DNA of 64,000 nucleotides from Cyanobacteria bacterium P01_F01_bin.150 (lineage in GTDB: Bacteria; Cyanobacteriota; Cyanobacteriia; CAKZMO01), in assembly GCA_039189765.1 (NCBI GenBank), contig JBCCYL010000015.1:34505-98504 (forward strand). The letters are read 5' to 3'. A model generated the notes under the pieces. That model did not search any database and was not told the origin of the DNA. It was given only the letters and a program-made list of their open reading frames with translations. The translations under genes and the position numbers were made by a program. Below, piece by piece: positions 21,086 through 32,002 of this stretch. Within the stretch, counting starts at the first letter, position 1. Each line of letters begins with the position of its first letter.

Positions 21086-21529
21086 TCAAGATCCGGGTGG
21101 CAGCTCCGTCACGGAAACATCAACTACATCCACATCTACTGTGCCAGGAGGTGTTACTCTCTGAAATGATTTATCTTTCACAACGAGAAATTCACCACAG
21201 CTTGGACATTGCATCTTCTGATTGCTAATGCCAATAACACTCTGGCTACAAACCGGGCAGTTACCGTTGATTAAGCTACGCCGCAGCCAAATTTGGACCC
21301 CAATAAAGGCAAGAATCGGCAAAAGCAGCAGGATACCAATGAGAACAAAGATTGATTTGACAAGCCACCATAAGCCAACAGAACTAATAAACCAGAAGGC
21401 AGCAATCAGAACTAACCAAAAACGTAACCCTGATGAGAAGGCGTAAATCTTTTTAAATCCGTTTGGATTCACGGCTTTTCTCCTGAATAGCACATGCTTC
21501 AGCCTATCGCTTTCATTCGGTTTCAGCAA
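21086..21529 (-). CDS. Membrane protein with C-terminal zinc ribbon
   Basis: Two TM helices followed by CPVC...CPSCG. Start codon uncertain. Confidence 0.75.
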   Translation of the reverse strand: MLKPNESDRLKHVLFRRKAVNPNGFKKIYAFSSGLRFWLVLIAAFWFISSVGLWWLVKSIFVLIGILLLLPILAFIGVQIWLRRSLINGNCPVCSQSVIGISNQKMQCPSCGEFLVVKDKSFQRVTPPGTVDVDVVDVSVTELPPGS

Positions 21530-21552
21530 GAACTATTGCATGTTTGCAACCA

Positions 21553-22773
21553 TCAATTTGACTGCAGTAATGCCTGTAACCGCTGGCGAAACATCGCTTG
21601 CCCAAAGGTCGCGATCGCCTCCTCCCGCAACCATTTCCCATTACATCGTTGATCATTTCCTAGGAGTACCTCAATACAGGCATCAGCAACTGCTTGAGAG
21701 TTGCGATGGGGCACCTGCCAGCCAACTCGTCCATCCTGTAATGGGTCAGAAGAACCGTCGGCATCTCCAGACACAACAGGAATCCCACACGCCATTGCTT
21801 CCAAGTAAACAATGCCAAATCCTTCTTGGGATGGCATCACATAGGCATCTGCCAGTCGATAATGGTCTCGCAGTTCTGCCACTGGTACAAATCCAGCAAA
21901 AATCACCTGCCCCTCAACTCCTAGGTCCTTTGCCAATTTTGCTAAACGGGGCTGATCGTCTCCCCGACCAATAACAAGATACCGAATATTGGGAATCCTT
22001 TCTCGGATGGCAGGCAACGCCCTAATCGTAACATCGACCCCTTTATAAATATCGCCTGACCACAGACGAGCAACCGTGACCATGAGTTTAGAATCTGGAG
22101 AAATAGAGTAGCGATCGAGAAGTTGTGGGTTCTTCGGACCGGGAGTGAAGTAGGCCTCATCAATCGCGCAGGGTAAAAACTTTAGCCGTTCAAAGGGAAT
22201 TTGGTTGAATTGACAGAGGCAGTCGCCAGTATATCGGCTGATAGTCCAAATCGAATCAGCCTGTTGTAAAGCATTTTTATAGGATGGCTCTAATTCACGC
22301 CAAACTTCTTTGCCGTAGGTCAACACCGTGTAGGGAACATCAAACCAACGACACAGCCGTTGTACAAGGGGAGTAAGCAAAATATGTCCACAGTACACTC
22401 GCTCCGGACGCTGGCGTAGCAGATAGAGAAACAGGGCGATGGCAAATTTAATCCGTCCCAAGACAGGAAAATCAGACTGAAAATAATGAAAGGTAAATTT
22501 AGAAGGTTGGGAAGATTGAAACGGGTTCTCACAGTCGGAGCGATCGCGCAGTAAAAATACATCTGCCTGCAACGGTTGATCGTTCCGATCAGCGTCTATG
22601 TGTTTATAGGCATAAAAGATATCCTTGATGTAGGACTGAATTCCTCCCTCCTGGGAAAAGATTTCTAAGCATAGCAACAGAATTGAAGGTGCAGCATCAT
22701 CTTGGGATTGCAAAGACGAAGAATTTTCAGTTGGGCTAGAGGATTTTTCCAGAGGTACGTAAGCCATAGTCAT
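21553..22773 (-). CDS. Glycosyltransferase family 4
   Basis: GGIQSY, YKGVD, EGFGIVYLEAMACGIPVV. Confidence 0.92.
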   Translation of the reverse strand: MTMAYVPLEKSSSPTENSSSLQSQDDAAPSILLLCLEIFSQEGGIQSYIKDIFYAYKHIDADRNDQPLQADVFLLRDRSDCENPFQSSQPSKFTFHYFQSDFPVLGRIKFAIALFLYLLRQRPERVYCGHILLTPLVQRLCRWFDVPYTVLTYGKEVWRELEPSYKNALQQADSIWTISRYTGDCLCQFNQIPFERLKFLPCAIDEAYFTPGPKNPQLLDRYSISPDSKLMVTVARLWSGDIYKGVDVTIRALPAIRERIPNIRYLVIGRGDDQPRLAKLAKDLGVEGQVIFAGFVPVAELRDHYRLADAYVMPSQEGFGIVYLEAMACGIPVVSGDADGSSDPLQDGRVGWQVPHRNSQAVADACIEVLLGNDQRCNGKWLREEAIATFGQAMFRQRLQALLQSN

Positions 22774-22802
22774 CCATTGACATCACTATTCATAAGCGTT
22801 AG

Positions 22803-22882
22803 GGGTTTCGTTTTAAGGCGAAACAGAATGGACAGTGGTGTGGGCGCGACGCACCCACACCACCGACCTAAAGGTGATACCC
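22803..22882 (+). mobile_element. ~80-bp MITE-like repeat, copy D
   Basis: GGGTTTCGTTTTAAGGCGAAACAG...CCTAAAGGTGATACCC, with degenerate flanks AGCGTTAG / ATCGCTAG. Confidence 0.8.
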
Positions 22883-23107
22883 ATCGCTAGAGACGGATAC
22901 AATCCAATGGCTCAATCTTTCCAAGAAATAGTCCAATTAGGCTTCGAAAGCACACTGAAGTTTCCCTCTAAGTTTACTAGGAGTGAATTTATACTCAGCC
23001 TTTTCACGGATAGGGTCATATCGTGGTGTCCAATAAAAATGAATCCTCCGCTAAACGAAAGATTCATTCTCAAAGTTGTGTCCGAAAGACTATAGGTATC
23101 GGTAAAT

Positions 23108-23590
23108 TTAGAAAAGCCCTAAAGTCAGAGACTTATCAATAGGGAAGGTGGCACCAATGCCCAACCAAAGTGTTACGGCAGTTCCAAAGAGGAAAACAGC
23201 CATTGCCCCTTTTCTCCTAAAAGGATTCTGGAACTTATTCACACTCTCAATAAAAGGAACCATCATCAGACCTAGTGGGATAGCACCTTGAAGAGCGATA
23301 CCCAACAGCTTGTTAGGCAAAATTCTCAGAATCTGAAACACAGGATACAAATACCATTCAGGCAAAATCTCCAGGGGAGTTGCAAATGGATTGGCCGGTT
23401 CACCAACCATTGCAGGATCAAGCACAGCCAAACTAACGACACAACCAATGGTGCCCAAAATTACAATGGGGAATGTGTAAAGTAAATCATTAGGCCAAGC
23501 AGGCTCACCATAATAGTTATGCCCCATACCCTGCTTTAGCAATTCACGAAGTTTAGGATCACTTAGATCCGGCTTCTTAAGGACTGACAT
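23108..23590 (-). CDS. petD: Cytochrome b6f subunit IV
   Basis: [24 protein letters not shown]. Confidence 0.98.
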   Translation of the reverse strand: MSVLKKPDLSDPKLRELLKQGMGHNYYGEPAWPNDLLYTFPIVILGTIGCVVSLAVLDPAMVGEPANPFATPLEILPEWYLYPVFQILRILPNKLLGIALQGAIPLGLMMVPFIESVNKFQNPFRRKGAMAVFLFGTAVTLWLGIGATFPIDKSLTLGLF

Positions 23591-23632
23591 TCGTCTAAAA
23601 TTCTCCTGAAAACAGAAATTTTCTACGTCTAA

Positions 23633-23712
23633 GGGTCTCGCTCTAAAGTGAAACAGAATTAGCGGCCACGTAGGCGGATCGCACTCAAACGACCCGCCTA
23701 AATTGAATGCCC
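23633..23712 (+). mobile_element. Degenerate MITE-like repeat, copy E (petB-petD spacer)
   Basis: GGGTCTCGCTCTAAAGTGAAACAGAATTAGCGG...CCCGCCTAAATTGAATGCCC. Same length and layout as the family; no target duplication left. Confidence 0.65.
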
Positions 23713-23830
23713 CTTATTGAGTAAGCCTCAACATACAGTTCATATTAGCAACTGGGAGCATTGTCAGAGCCGAAGTGTAACTAAAATGAACCTAGCTAAA
23801 CGCTTGGCAAAAGTCCTCACATTCAAAGCT

Positions 23831-24499
23831 CTACAAGGGACCTGAAATACCCTGCTTACGAATCATCAAGAAGTGCAGCAGCATAAAGACTGCAATCAAC
23901 CAAGGCAAAACAAAGGTATGAAGACTGTAAAAGCGAGTCAATGTTGGTTGCCCAACACTAACACCGCCCCGCAAGGCTTCAACCATTAAAGAACCGACAA
24001 CTGGAATTGCTTCTGGCACACCAGACACAATCTTGACGGCCCAATAACCAACCTGGTCCCAAGGCAGCGAATAACCAGTTACGCCAAAGGAAACAGTAAT
24101 AACAGCCATGGTCACACCAGTAATCCAAGTTAATTCACGGGGTCTTTTGAACCCTCCTGTCAAGTAAACTCGGAAAACATGAAGAATCATCATAAGAACC
24201 ATCATACTGGCAGACCAGCGATGAATAGAACGAATGAGCCAACCAAAGTTCACCTCAGTCATGAGATATTGAACAGAACTAAACGCCTCTACCACAGTTG
24301 GCTTGTAGTAAAACGTCATCGCAAAACCAGTAGCAAACTGAATTAAGAAACAAACTAGAGTAATGCCGCCCAGACAGTAAAAAATATTTACATGAGGCGG
24401 AACATACTTACTAGAGATGTCGTCAGAAATGGCCTGAATTTCCAGGCGTTCCTGAAACCATTGAAATGGTGCTGAATCTGTAACCTGCTTGGTAAACAT
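23831..24499 (-). CDS. petB: Cytochrome b6
   Basis: [31 protein letters not shown]. Confidence 0.98.
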   Translation of the reverse strand: MFTKQVTDSAPFQWFQERLEIQAISDDISSKYVPPHVNIFYCLGGITLVCFLIQFATGFAMTFYYKPTVVEAFSSVQYLMTEVNFGWLIRSIHRWSASMMVLMMILHVFRVYLTGGFKRPRELTWITGVTMAVITVSFGVTGYSLPWDQVGYWAVKIVSGVPEAIPVVGSLMVEALRGGVSVGQPTLTRFYSLHTFVLPWLIAVFMLLHFLMIRKQGISGPL

Positions 24500-24798
24500 T
24501 GAACAAAGACTTAGCTTAGAAGGAATATCGAGGTTGCTTGTAACAAAAAATGTAGCATAGTAATAGCTATCGTTTTTTCATCTATTCACATACAGAAACA
24601 TCGATATATTAAGAATTAATACCCATCAGAGTGACATTATAGTCCGGCTATCATTGCGTTCTAGCCCATGAAGATAGAGCATTTTAGCGATCAAAAAGAC
24701 ATGTAAAGAAAAAAAAACCTGCAAACTTAATCGTAATAAATTGTAATAAATATGAGCCTAACCTTGCTCCAGGTTAGACCACTAGATTAAATCGGGCT

Positions 24799-26040
24799 AT
24801 GAGTTTGGCAAAGGATATTAGCGGAATGAAAAAAGTAACCCTTCAACTGAGTGGAATGTTGAGTTGCATCCTGGCTTTTGTGACTGTTTGGACTGTCTCT
24901 CCAGAAGTGGCGATCGCTTACTCTGATGGACAACAGCTATTGAGCGAAGCCTGGCACGTTGTTGATCGTTCCTATGTTGATGACACGTTTAACCATCAAA
25001 ACTGGTGGAAAGTCAGACAAAAAGCTCTAAAGCAGCCATTATCAACTCCTGAAGAAGCATATACGGCGATTGAGGAGATGTTGAGCTTGCTTGATGATCC
25101 GTTTACTCGTTTGTTGCGTCCTCAGCAGTATCAAAGCTTGCAAACGAGTACCGCTGGCGAACTGACCGGTGTAGGGCTTCAGCTTGTTCAGGACTTGGAG
25201 ACAGAGGATCTGATTGTCATTGCCCCAATGGAGGGTTCACCCGCCCAAAAAGCTGGCATACAGTCCCAAGACCGTATTACAGCTATTGATGGGGTTTCAA
25301 CTCATACCTTTGATTTAGAAGAGGCTGCTCGCAGAATGAGGGGCCAAATTGGGTCTCATGTTAAGCTAACGATTCTACGCGAACAGGAGAGTCATTCATT
25401 TGAGATAGTACGCGATCGCATTACCCTAAATCCAGTTCAAGCTGAACTAAGGCAGCAAGATGATGGCTCTAAGTTTGGTTATATCCGGCTCAGCCAATTT
25501 AATGGCAATGCAACGACTCAAATGCGAGAGGGTTTACAGGAGCTAGAAGAACAGGGTGCAGAGAGCTATATTCTTGATTTGAGAAATAATCCTGGAGGTT
25601 TACTCCAAGCAGGCATTGATATTTCTCGGTTATGGCTAGATGATGGCACTATTGTCTACACTGCAAATCGAAACGGCATTCAAGATCGCTTCGATGCCAG
25701 CAATACATCATTGACCCAAGACAGACTTATCGTCCTAGTAAATTCCGGCACTGCCAGCGCCAGTGAAATTCTATCCGGCGCATTGCAGGATAATCATCGA
25801 GCAATCCTAGTAGGAGAAAAAACATTTGGGAAGGGCCTTATTCAGTCTTTGTTTAACTTATCTGATGGTTCTGGGATAGCAGTAACTGTTGCTCGATACG
25901 AAACCCCTGCACATAACGATATCAATAAGCTCGGTATTACTCCTGATGTAAGAGTACCCATGATCGGATTGGGTTGGGACAAAGTAGGTACGATGGAAGA
26001 CTCACAGTATGTAGAAGCCTTGGCTAATCTACAAAATTGA
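24799..26040 (+). CDS. ctpA: Carboxyl-terminal processing protease (S41, PDZ)
   Basis: DLRNNPGG, TASASEI, TFGKGLIQ. Divergent from petB, as often seen in cyanobacteria. Confidence 0.88.
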   Translation: MSLAKDISGMKKVTLQLSGMLSCILAFVTVWTVSPEVAIAYSDGQQLLSEAWHVVDRSYVDDTFNHQNWWKVRQKALKQPLSTPEEAYTAIEEMLSLLDDPFTRLLRPQQYQSLQTSTAGELTGVGLQLVQDLETEDLIVIAPMEGSPAQKAGIQSQDRITAIDGVSTHTFDLEEAARRMRGQIGSHVKLTILREQESHSFEIVRDRITLNPVQAELRQQDDGSKFGYIRLSQFNGNATTQMREGLQELEEQGAESYILDLRNNPGGLLQAGIDISRLWLDDGTIVYTANRNGIQDRFDASNTSLTQDRLIVLVNSGTASASEILSGALQDNHRAILVGEKTFGKGLIQSLFNLSDGSGIAVTVARYETPAHNDINKLGITPDVRVPMIGLGWDKVGTMEDSQYVEALANLQN

Positions 26041-26118
26041 TAATTTCTATAGAAGATAAGTAAACAGCCCCTTGTCTTTACCTACTTAAAAGCTAAGGGA
26101 GTAATAATAAAAATTAAA

Positions 26119-26142
26119 GGCAAGAAGCATATGCTTCTTGCC
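26119..26142. terminator. Perfect palindrome between the convergent ctpA and tRNA-Glu genes
   Basis: GGCAAGAAGCATATGCTTCTTGCC. Confidence 0.6.
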
Positions 26143-26148
26143 CTCATA

Positions 26149-26221
26149 TACCCCCAGGGGAATTCGAATCCCCGTCGCCTCCGTGAAAGGGAGGTGTCCT
26201 AGGCCTCTAGACGATGGGGGC
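26149..26221 (-). tRNA. trnE: tRNA-Glu (TTC)
   Basis: Reverse complement GCCCCCATCGTCTAGAGGCCTAGGACACCTCCCTTTCACGGAGGCGACGGGGATTCGAATTCCCCTGGGGGTA folds as a cloverleaf with anticodon TTC. CCA is not encoded. Confidence 0.97.
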
Positions 26222-26355
26222 AAAACTGTGAAACTTGTTCAGTGCCTTGCCTGCGCGTCATTCACATAAGCCATGATATCGAGCCGTAAGAAAGGTGTCA
26301 ACCCTTACATCGAAGTTTTCTGAAAAATCTGCATGATGGCAACCTGAACACGTTA

Positions 26356-26634
26356 CTAACCATGTAATTTAGAGTTACGCAGACGGATCAGTTGTCGTCG
26401 CATTTCCGCAGACGCATCGGTATCAGGAACCTCTTCAGCCGTTGTCTGAGCTGATAGCATCTCCAAGTATTCATCAGACCCACAAGACAGAGCATCAATC
26501 AATAATTCCAGCAGATGTTCCTGATCGTCCAGGAGTCCCTGTTCTTCAATTAGCTTGAACTTGAGATGAACCTCACATTCATAAATACCGACATCAAGTT
26601 GAACATCCTGTGTGTGGAGCGAACTAGATTTCAT
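26356..26634 (-). CDS. Npun_R1517-family (heterocyst differentiation-associated) small regulator
   Basis: VGIYECEVHLKFKLIEE...DAL..GSDEYLE...AS.EMRRQLIRLRN, recognised from memory of this family. Start chosen at MKSSS. Confidence 0.72.
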   Translation of the reverse strand: MKSSSLHTQDVQLDVGIYECEVHLKFKLIEEQGLLDDQEHLLELLIDALSCGSDEYLEMLSAQTTAEEVPDTDASAEMRRQLIRLRNSKLHG

Positions 26635-27235
26635 AAGTCTTAAGCTGGACAATTGCCCAGACGTATATAAGGACGGTCTATATTGATTAGAAGTCGAAAG
26701 TTTGGACATCTGCAATGAGCTGAAATCATTCAGCTTTACCCTGCCATAATGAATAACCCAATGCGCAACGTTTATAGAAAATGCTCTTTCGGACTAGCTT
26801 TATGACCTAACGTTAACATTTACAAAGACCATTCCATATCCGACATCATACTGACTTCAGCCCTATCATTATCGTTATGGGTTACCTTATTTGTAACGCG
26901 GACTCTGCATGTCATCGATATCTAAGTAAGCTTCCATGCAAAAGGTATCTGGCTGGACTCCATAGCGTCTTTATGGCAAGAATAAAATCACTTTAAATTC
27001 GATTGGGTAAAACATTAGCCTTTCCTCACAACAACAGGATCTACACAGATAGTGAATTTCATTACAATACTGCCTCCTCTATTCTGACAGTAGCGCAAAT
27101 GCATCTTTATAAAGCCACGGTAAGTTTTTTACTGCAATCCATGAGTTTTTTAAGATGAATATTGTGCATTATGACTATTGTGAGCCGCCTAAATCCTGCC
27201 AGGTAGATTTTTCAGACCCTATTAGTCGTTCCGCA

Positions 27236-27314
27236 GGGTCTCGTTTTAAGACGAAACAAAATCAACGGTATTGTGGGCGCGGAGCGCCCACAATACCCAC
27301 CTAAAGTTGATCCC
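27236..27314 (+). mobile_element. ~80-bp MITE-like repeat, copy F
   Basis: GGGTCTCGTTTTAAGACGAAACAAAATCAACGGTATTGTGGGCGC-GGA-GCGCCCACAATACCCACCTAAAGTTGATCCC, with exact flanking repeat GTTCCGCA. Confidence 0.87.
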
Positions 27315-27530
27315 GTTCCGCAGTATTGTTACCGATAAAGGCAAATATTAAGTAGGCTAGACGTAAGTTTCGAGGTGAACTTTACTCACACATGATTAAA
27401 TTCATTCCAGATTTGAGCAATATGTCACCCTCAAGGAAGCTCAACTCTTATTAAAAAATTTGGGATGCAGAGACCTATCCCTACATCCCATAACCGTTAA
27501 TTTTCTGAACTCTCACAGATTAGCAATAGC

Positions 27531-29546
27531 CTATGGCTCCCGCACCGGGTCTGCAGATAGATTGTTGTCGGGGAAATTGCTAACGGCTCTTTGAATCGCA
27601 ACTAGTGCCCGATTGTAAGCCAAAATGGCCGTAACCAAGTTGACTTCTGCTTCGGTTAAACGGGTTTGAGCTTCCAAGACGTCGGACTGAATACCAACTC
27701 CGGCACCAAACCGTAAACGGGCCAACCGCAAGGATTCTTCCGCTAAGCCAACGGCAGAATTTGCCGTTTGAATATTTTTGAAGCTGGCTCCTAAGTTTAG
27801 ATACTGCTGCTCTATATCAAAACGAATGTCTTCTCTAGTATCAGCAAATTGAGTTTCAGCAAGCTCAGCGGCAATTGCCTCCTGTCGGGCGGCTGCTCGA
27901 GTCGCACCGCCGTTGTACAATGTCCAGGCAAGCTGGAGACCAACGGATAGCTCTTCATTATCTGTCGGAGAACGGGTCACATCAAGCAAATCGTTAATTT
28001 GATACTCAGCAAAAGCAGAGAGCTGGGGCCAGCGGTTGGCAAGGGTGGCCCGTTTCTGCTGCTGTTCAATTTCTCGCTGAAGCAACTGTTGTTCTAGCTC
28101 AGCCCGATTGCGATAGGCTAACACAAGAGTTTCTTCTAGTGGCATTGCCCATTCTCCTGCCACTTCAACCGGATCGGCCGCTGAAATATTGATGCCAGGG
28201 GGAATGCTCAAAACTTCGGCGAGTTGGCGTCGCGTCACCTGTTGGTCCCTGAGGGCATTGCTGAGGGCCTGTTCATCATTGGCCAGATCAACCTCTGCTT
28301 GGAGACGATCAAAACGGGTACCGACCCCAGCTCGTTCCCTTGCCAGAGCATCCCTCAAACTAATACGCGACTGCTCAACCGTATCTTCAGCAATACGAAC
28401 CAGCTCATCGGATTCCTGGAGGTCATAGTAGGCTGATGTAATGTTAAGGCGTAAATCTTCTCTAACAACTTCCACCTGTAGCTGCTGCAATTCTACAGCT
28501 TTTTCTGCCGCTCGAACCGATGCTGACCTCTGACCAGAGGTAAAAATGTCGTAGTCTACCCTTAGTACAGAGAGTAAATTTGTAGTTACAGTGTCGTCTC
28601 CATCCAGTGAAGCAGAAGGGTTCCCCTGTACATCAGGAGCGCCCACTGGTTCATTAGAAATATCAACGTCTTGGTGGGTTAAGGTCGTTTGACTAGTAAT
28701 CGTAGGCAAATAGGCCGCTCTTTGCTGTCGCAGGGCCTCTTGGCTTTGCTCAAGCTGCTGAAGGGCTGATTCTAGCTCTCGACTGTTACGGCGAGAAATT
28801 TCTAGTGCCTGTTCTAAGGAGATGGGTTGAGTTCCCTCTATTTCAACTGTTTCTGGCTCAATCGGGGTAAATAGTGGATTGGCAGGGGCTAGTAGATAAT
28901 CAGGAATTTCGATTAATGACTCTGACGAATCACTTGGTTCTTCGACAAAATCATCTATCTCAGCATCGGATGGAATCGCGATATCTGGCCTTGCGCGAAC
29001 GGGGGGTTCTTCAGTAGGCGTTGGGTCTTCCTGAGATGTAGCCTCAGGTATTTCATCTGCCGACTCTAATGCCGGTAACTGAGCCTCTAATCCTTCACTT
29101 GTCGCTTCTTCTGCCGTCTCTGTTTTGTCCACCTCAGAGATTGTCGGGGTCCCAAGAGCTGGTAGATCAACTTCAAATGATTGAGCGGTCAATAGCTCAT
29201 TATCAGTATTAGCAACAGCAGAAGATACGGCCTGGATAGGTTCCCAAACTTGTTCATCTTTTCCATGAGAAGGACTGAATTCTAGCAGCCTTAAGTTCTC
29301 TGAGACCTCAGAGAATGCGTATTTTTCCGGCGCAGGCAAATGACTAGAGCCAAACCCTTGGAGATCCGTTGATATTAGAGAAGGAAGAGTATTAGATTCG
29401 CTGGCAGGACTATCTGAAGCCGTAAGCTCATACTCACCGTGAGGAGTAGGAGAAGAAAGTTTAGCTTGAGCAGAAGCCCCTTCTGCAACTCCCAAAAGGA
29501 TGGCAGTGCTAATAACTGTAATAAACGTTTGATGAGCAGATTGCAT
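27531..29546 (-). CDS. tolC: TolC family outer-membrane efflux protein with a long acidic N-terminal extension
   Basis: Two OEP repeats (AYYDLQ, RERAGVGTRFD, LRFGAGVGIQSDV) and a signal peptide. Confidence 0.87.
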   Translation of the reverse strand: MQSAHQTFITVISTAILLGVAEGASAQAKLSSPTPHGEYELTASDSPASESNTLPSLISTDLQGFGSSHLPAPEKYAFSEVSENLRLLEFSPSHGKDEQVWEPIQAVSSAVANTDNELLTAQSFEVDLPALGTPTISEVDKTETAEEATSEGLEAQLPALESADEIPEATSQEDPTPTEEPPVRARPDIAIPSDAEIDDFVEEPSDSSESLIEIPDYLLAPANPLFTPIEPETVEIEGTQPISLEQALEISRRNSRELESALQQLEQSQEALRQQRAAYLPTITSQTTLTHQDVDISNEPVGAPDVQGNPSASLDGDDTVTTNLLSVLRVDYDIFTSGQRSASVRAAEKAVELQQLQVEVVREDLRLNITSAYYDLQESDELVRIAEDTVEQSRISLRDALARERAGVGTRFDRLQAEVDLANDEQALSNALRDQQVTRRQLAEVLSIPPGINISAADPVEVAGEWAMPLEETLVLAYRNRAELEQQLLQREIEQQQKRATLANRWPQLSAFAEYQINDLLDVTRSPTDNEELSVGLQLAWTLYNGGATRAAARQEAIAAELAETQFADTREDIRFDIEQQYLNLGASFKNIQTANSAVGLAEESLRLARLRFGAGVGIQSDVLEAQTRLTEAEVNLVTAILAYNRALVAIQRAVSNFPDNNLSADPVREP

Positions 29547-29980
29547 ATGAATAACTTATAAACCTATGGGCCGGGGAACTTAGGGACGACGTAACCTACA
29601 TGCAGATGCTACCCGATTATTATTGCAAGAACATAAAAATAGGGGTGTCAATCTTAAAATGGGTGGGTAGACACTAATAGGACATACATCCGTTGGTTTT
29701 TGTTTCGCCTCAGAACAAAAACCAGTGTATTGATATTATTGATAATAGGCAACAATGCAGGTTCCTTACTCATGCTTATGGATGAAGTGAGGCAACATCT
29801 TCTCTTCAACATAAAGCCTTGGGGTACAGGATTATTTGAATGCACCTCAGAAGGAACTCTTTCAAGCATAAAGAAATGTAGGTCATGGAGACAATGCGTT
29901 TTCATCGCTGTTTATGATCTCTGAAATCGGCCTTTGAGGCTTCATTGAGCCTTATTTAGTACTGTTCAGGGATTTTTGCA

Positions 29981-31393
29981 ATGAAAGATGGACCTACTGT
30001 TGTCGAACCCACCCCGCCACCACAAAAAGAAAATGCGATCGCCCATTACTTTAGATTTAGAGAACTGGGCACCAATTTCCGCACTGAGATACTCGCCGGA
30101 ATTACCACCTTTTTTACAATGGCTTATATTCTAGTGGTCAATCCTGGTATCCTATCTAGCGCTATTTTCTTGCAAGAGTCTGGGGATCTCTTTGGGGAAT
30201 TAGTCATTGCCACCGCCCTATCAGCAGCGATCGCCACTGCCATTATGGGCCTACTCGCCAACTATCCCTTTGCCCTGGCACCAGGCATGGGGCTCAATGC
30301 CTTTTTTGCCTTTTCTGTCGTCCTGGGCCTAGGCATTGATTGGCGCATTGGATTGGCGATTATTTTCATTGAAGGCCTTATTTTTATCCTGCTAACCCTG
30401 TCAAATTTACGAGCTGCCATTATCAAAGCTATTCCAGCCTGCTTAAAGCGAGCTACCGCCGTGGGTATTGGCTTTTTTATCGCCTACATTGGCCTGTCAG
30501 GGGACCCATCTGTAGGTGGTGCGGGTATTATTATTGCCAACGAAGCGACAAAGACCAGCCTGGGCAGTTTGGGTCAGCCTCCAACTATTATGGCTCTCTT
30601 GGGAATTCTGATTACGGCAGCATTTATGGCCCGACGCATTAAAGGTGGCCTGCTCTGGGGTATCCTTGCGACTGCTCTTCTGGGCTGGATTTTAGGAATC
30701 GCCGCTTGGCCCCAAGGCATTGTGCAATGGCCGACCTTTCCCACAAATCTATTTGGACAGGCTTTTATTGGGCTTAGGCAAATGAGTACAGCCAATGTTC
30801 TAGACTTACTGGCTGTCCTATTTGTATTTTTGTTTGTCGATTTATTTGATACGATTGGAACTCTCTCTGGCGTTGGTATTCAAGCTAATCTGATTACTGT
30901 AGACGGGGAACTGCCTAGGGCTAATCAAGCCCTTATAGCCGATGCTGTCGGGACAACTGTGGGGGCAGTTTTGGGAACGTCCACCGTTACTACCTACATC
31001 GAATCAGCTTCGGGGGTCTCCGAAGGGGGGCGTTCTGGCTTTGCAGCTCTTGTTTCGGCTGCATTATTTGTTTTAGCAATCTTTTTCGTGCCTCTTTTTT
31101 CCGCAATTCCAGGCTTTGCCACGGCAGCCACTCTAATAATGGTTGGCGTGTTGATGGCTGGAAATGTCAGCGGTATTAATTGGTCTGATCCAGCAGAGTC
31201 CATTCCTTGTTTTCTTACGATCATCGTTATGCCATTGAGCTTTTCAATTGCAGAGGGGTTAGCAGTCGGATTTATTGCCTATCCTGTTATCAAAGCATTT
31301 CAAGGAAAAGCCCACGAAGTGAATAACGCAGTATGGATTTTAGCGTTTATCTTCCTTGTGAGATTTGTCTTACTCGGTGTAGGTGTTATTTAG
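29981..31393 (+). CDS. NCS2/AzgA-type nucleobase permease
   Basis: EILAGITTFFTMAYILVVNP, LAPGMGLNAFF, DLFDTIGTL, YIESASG. Confidence 0.92.
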   Translation: MKDGPTVVEPTPPPQKENAIAHYFRFRELGTNFRTEILAGITTFFTMAYILVVNPGILSSAIFLQESGDLFGELVIATALSAAIATAIMGLLANYPFALAPGMGLNAFFAFSVVLGLGIDWRIGLAIIFIEGLIFILLTLSNLRAAIIKAIPACLKRATAVGIGFFIAYIGLSGDPSVGGAGIIIANEATKTSLGSLGQPPTIMALLGILITAAFMARRIKGGLLWGILATALLGWILGIAAWPQGIVQWPTFPTNLFGQAFIGLRQMSTANVLDLLAVLFVFLFVDLFDTIGTLSGVGIQANLITVDGELPRANQALIADAVGTTVGAVLGTSTVTTYIESASGVSEGGRSGFAALVSAALFVLAIFFVPLFSAIPGFATAATLIMVGVLMAGNVSGINWSDPAESIPCFLTIIVMPLSFSIAEGLAVGFIAYPVIKAFQGKAHEVNNAVWILAFIFLVRFVLLGVGVI

Positions 31394-31609
31394 TTAAGAC
31401 AGGGGTCAGCCTAAAGATCAACATAGGAGCGCTAATCCTACGTTCAAAGCTTGTTGCTATGCAACATTAGTTGACATTAACGTTAGCAAAAAGAAACTTA
31501 CGATTTCTGACAAAGGACAGGTCTCTGAGGGCCGTTTTGCGGTAACGTTTGAGTTGATTATTTTTTATAGTTCGCTTCAATATTCAATAACTGTAGTAAG
31601 AGGTCATCA

Positions 31610-32002
31610 ATGGCTCTGGATTATCCTGACAATCTAAGTTATTACGACTCCCATGAATATGCTCTTCTAGAAGGGGATATGGTCACCATTGGGATTACCG
31701 CATTTGCGGTGGATGAACTGGGTGACATCGTATTTCTAGAACTCCCCGATGTTGGTGATTCTGTATCGAAAGGCGAGACCTTTGGCACGGTGGAATCAGT
31801 TAAAGCGGTAGAAGACTTGGTTTCTCCTGTGTCGGGAGAAGTGATTGGCTTTAATGAGGCATTGGTAGATTCGCCAGAAACCCTAAGTGATGATCCCTAC
31901 GAGACAGGATGGATGATTAAGGTCAAAATTGAGGACCCGTCTGAGCTTGATGATGCGATGAGTTCAGAGGAGTATAGCTCGAAGGTTGAAGGAGACGAGT
32001 AA
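31610..32002 (+). CDS. gcvH: Glycine cleavage system H protein
   Basis: GITAFAVDELGDIVF, VESVKA lipoyl lysine. Confidence 0.96.
   Translation: MALDYPDNLSYYDSHEYALLEGDMVTIGITAFAVDELGDIVFLELPDVGDSVSKGETFGTVESVKAVEDLVSPVSGEVIGFNEALVDSPETLSDDPYETGWMIKVKIEDPSELDDAMSSEEYSSKVEGDE

Noticed and set aside
29547..29980. Purine riboswitch upstream of the NCS2 permease, and the two short ORFs tracked here
   Set aside because: No purine aptamer consensus is visible. The ORFs overlap on opposite strands and lack recognisable features.
31394..31609. Glycine riboswitch upstream of gcvH (AAAGGACAG fragment); gcvT leader also checked
   Set aside because: The core GGAGA..CCGAAG..CTCTCAGG elements are not present in order.
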